Of a DNA stretch of 7,751 nucleotides, positions 7,391 through 7,751 are shown piece after piece. Location of the stretch: the NCBI RefSeq assembly GCF_006345805.1, contig NW_021828810.1, positions 1 to 7,751 on the forward strand, given 5' to 3'. This stretch comes from Octopus sinensis. Its lineage: Eukaryota. The notes under the pieces are model-generated. The model worked only from the letters and a program-made list of their open reading frames with translations. It was not told the origin of the DNA and searched no databases. How positions within the stretch are numbered: the first letter of the stretch is position 1; each line of letters opens with the position of its first letter. A program made the translations under genes and the position numbers.

Positions 7391-7556
7391 ATACGATGGG
7401 CTTCTTTCAGTTTCCGACTGCCAAATCCACTCACAAGGCATTGGTAGGACCGAGGCTATAGTAGAAGACACTTTCCCAAAGTGTCACGCAGTGGGACTGA
7501 ACCTGGAACCATGTGGTTGGGAAGCAAGCTTCTTACCACACAGCCACTCCCGTGCC
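7185..7556 (-). mobile_element. tRNA-derived SINE with internal (CA/TG)n, CORE-like domain; near full length
   Basis: Minus-strand head GGCACGGGAGTGGCTGTGTGGTAAG, with A box TGGCTGTGTGG (7536-7546) and B box GGTTCAGTCCC (7493-7503). CORE-like GACACTTTGGGAAAGTGTCTT, an internal TG repeat, and a 3' tail ending ...GTCAAATGACTAAAATAATAATAAAAAG. It matches my recollection of a very abundant octopus SINE. No clear TSD. Confidence 0.85.
7367..7388. repeat. (AC)11 microsatellite inside the SINE
   Basis: Direct reading. Confidence 0.9.
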
Positions 7557-7702
7557 TATAATATCCAAATTATTTTTTGATCGTAGACTTATTGTTCTCT
7601 CTTCCTTTCTTCATTAATCTTCCATTGCCCACATCGTGCAATTGATAGTACGTTCGATTATAGTCGAAGGAGGCAAAAGAGAGACAACGGCGGAGATAAT
7701 GC

Positions 7703-7751
7703 TTTTAAATTTTGGCACAAGGCCATCAATTTCGGAGAGGCGGTAAGTCAA
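7703..7751 (-). mobile_element. 3' tail of a SINE continuing beyond the window's right edge
   Basis: The minus strand reads ...GACTTACCGCCTCTCCGAAATTGATGGCCTTGTGCCAAAATTTAAAA, resembling the recalled octopus SINE 3' end ...CCCCAAAATTGCTGGCCTTGTGCCAAAATTTGAAA. Recall-based. Confidence 0.5.

Overview
AT-rich eukaryotic genomic DNA with no bacterial-type gene architecture. The tRNA-derived SINEs and the (TA)n/(TAGA)n/(TACA)n/(CA)n microsatellites resemble octopus (cephalopod) repeats. That assignment is from recall, not a database search. The window holds three well-supported SINE copies (1-154 minus; 1440-1739 plus, with a perfect 14-bp target-site duplication; ~7185-7556 minus), two weaker SINE fragments, and several microsatellites. 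The most notable element is a minimal type I hammerhead ribozyme on the minus strand (3193-3234). It has a compensatory U3-A8 core variant and a palindromic stem III, and lies in a hairpin-rich ~345-bp cassette between two (TA)n arrays. No protein-coding gene is securely identified. Two unexplained open frames (3583-3951 plus; 4238-4813 minus) and a decayed protein-like frame (443-667) are candidates only. Most ORF-track entries are artefacts of low-complexity DNA.
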